Assembly (NCBI RefSeq): GCF_004010195.1
Contig: NC_057757.1
Coordinates: 6,790,142-6,854,141, forward strand
Source: Chiloscyllium plagiosum
Lineage: Eukaryota
Length of the DNA stretch: 64,000 nucleotides
Direction of reading: 5' to 3'
Part shown: piece after piece, positions 62,071-64,000 of the stretch
Position numbering within the stretch: position 1 is the stretch's first letter
Layout: each line of letters starts with the position of its first letter
The notes under the pieces: generated by a model
Databases searched by the model: none
What the model was told of the DNA's origin: nothing
Seen by the model: only the letters and a program-made list of their open reading frames with translations
Program-made: the position numbers and the translations under genes

Positions 62071-62969
62071 TTAATGTAGTAACCATCTTGATCCTTACTC
62101 GGGGAAATTGTGGTCTGTCTAAATGTGTAACCCATTACCTGGTGGCCATGGCAACCGCAGATCTATTGGTCATTATCATTGATCTGATATTGCGTCAGAT
62201 ACCTATCGTTTATTGGGAAGGATTCAGCATTTTCCGAATAATTCCCTTGTGCAATATCCATGCCGTTCTGCTTTATGCAGCCACAGACAGTTCTGTCTGG
62301 TTCACTGTAACTTTCACCTTTGATCGATTTGTGGCCATTTCTTGCCAGAAGCTGAAATCTAAATATTGCACTGAAAAGACAGCAACTGTTGTCATAGGAA
62401 CAGTGACAGGGTTGTGCTTTGTGAAAAACATTTTCTGGTATTTTCTGTACACACGTGAATATTAGCTTTCAAACAGTTCTTGGTTTTGCCGTGTGGCTCT
62501 CAGAGTATCCCATTCACTGGTCTGGGCCATCGTTGAATTAATCCATTACATACTAACACCATTCGTTCCATTTATTCTGATTCTTCTCCTCAATGCAATG
62601 ACGGTCAGGCACATATTAATGGCCAGCAGAGCACGCAAGAGACTTCAGTATCGGAGCAACATTGAGAGTCAAAGTGACCCAGAGATGGGCAGTCGAAGGA
62701 AATCCATGGTTCTGCTGTTTGTGATATCGGGGAACTTTGTTCTGCTGTGGGTGGTGTTCATGGTTTGTTCTATACTGAGACGATTAGATTACTTGGAATA
62801 TTCTGTTTCTGTACCAGCGTTCGTTCGAGAAATTGGCATCATGCTCCAGCTTTTGAGCTGCTGCACGAATACTTTTATTTACACTGTAACCCAGAGGAGG
62901 TTTAGAGAGGAGTTGAGAAATGGAGTGAATTATTCCCTTTCATGGATGGTCAAACTATGTCGATGCTGA
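62071..62969 (+). pseudogene. GPR139-like GPCR gene E, exon 2, with one in-frame TAG (young pseudogene, null allele or base error)
   Basis: Acceptor ttctttgcag|tt. ORFs 62088-62465 and 62493-62969 share one frame, separated by TAG at 62463-62465. All 7TM motifs are present (RGNCGLSKC, FDRFVAISC, SRRKS, SCCTNTFIY); 331 codons when spliced. Confidence 0.88.
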
Positions 62970-63129
62970 GAATTCGCGTTTCACAACCATATCTTGTGCT
63001 TTTGTGTCATGCTCTGCTCATTATTTATATTTTGGAAATCGTTCAATCTGAAATACTAATTGATGTTACATCCCTGGGCTGGGTGGTCACTGTTTATGTT
63101 CATTATTATTGCCAGGGACAGGTATTAGC

Positions 63130-63615
63130 TCTCCATAGCTCTGAGTTTGTCACATACTTCCCCAGCAACACCAACCCTTCTACACAGCCCACTTGTCGGC
63201 ATAAGGCTCAAATGAGCTCTCCATGGGGGAATGAGCCCTTGTTGAGATCCTTGCTCAATAAAGAGCCACTGCTGGTGTTCCTGGCCTGGTCAGGTAGGCC
63301 ATAAACAGGGGCTATGGAGGTGTCATTATGGTCAATCGTCTGCCCCACTTCCACGATTACATCTGGGTTCTGGTGTCCCTGGAGAGGGAGCACGCAATGT
63401 CTATGAATATCCTTTGGGTTTTCAGAGAGAGGTAGGCACTGCAGGGTTTGGAGTGCTTTATTTCCCCCTCCAATTCTATTTTGATTTAATCCCTGCCCTC
63501 CCTCTCAATTTTTTTTGATCGCATTAGCATTGCCCTTTGTTGAGAAAGGCACTGCTTGCGACTGGCCATTCGGGTTTTTTCTTATCTTCTTGCTGATAGA
63601 AAATGAATAAAGGTT
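63130..63615 (+). mobile_element. Probable L1/Tx1-type LINE 3' end
   Basis: Degenerate VSLEREHA...FRER*ALQGLEC C-terminal motif, followed by a T-rich UTR and AATAAA. Confidence 0.5.
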
Positions 63616-64000
63616 TCTGCGCTCGTTGCTCTCCATTGTGTCCTACACCTGCACACACACACACACGACATGGGTGCAGAGGAAAAATAAGCTGTTTGGC
63701 GGTAGCGTGGGAGGAAAGAAAAAAAGAGAAAAAAAGGGAAAATTCCCATTGCTTTGCAATGTCCTATTATTTGGCATGTGTTTATCCCAACATTGTTGGC
63801 AACTTTCTTTCATCACTGAGCCATGTCCTTATTGAATGGTGGAGCAGACCTGATGGGTTAGATCATCCGACATAGACCAGGATGGGAACAGGCCCTTCGG
63901 CCCACAATGCTTTCGGAAACGGGTGACATGGGGGGAGCATGGTCGGCGGGGCTAGGGGTGAGTGACGTCAGCGGGGGCAGAGGTGGCACATTCGGTGGCA

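Noticed and set aside
62088..62969. Two separate genes, or a micro-intron skipping the stop
   Set aside because: Both ORFs are in one frame and colinear with paralog A across the junction, and no plausible GT-AG pair flanks the TAG.

Overview
Repeat-rich vertebrate DNA, very probably from a shark or other elasmobranch (HE1-type tRNA-derived SINEs, CR1 LINEs, Penelope-like and Gmr1-type LTR remnants), with three assembly gaps. The main content is a cluster of five paralogous two-exon class A (rhodopsin-family) GPCR loci resembling GPR139/GPR142. All five have a phase-1 intron after G(V/L)P in TM1, and I located exon 1 of each by reading the sequence. Two look intact (B 17155-20169, 319 aa; D 41575-46699, 326 aa). 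E (59736-62969) has a single TGG>TAG stop. A (minus strand, 3382-6527) and C (30998-35137) are clear pseudogenes. This birth-and-death pattern, plus a homeodomain / O/E(EBF)-like / TATA module upstream of D, suggests an expanded, possibly chemosensory receptor family; that is inference, not proof. C and D lie in a segmental duplication, part of which is now inverted. Penelope-like repeats carry several minimal hammerhead ribozyme motifs, including ~100-nt units flanked by target-site duplications (TSDs). All family calls come from motif recognition by eye, without database searches, and repeat boundaries are approximate.
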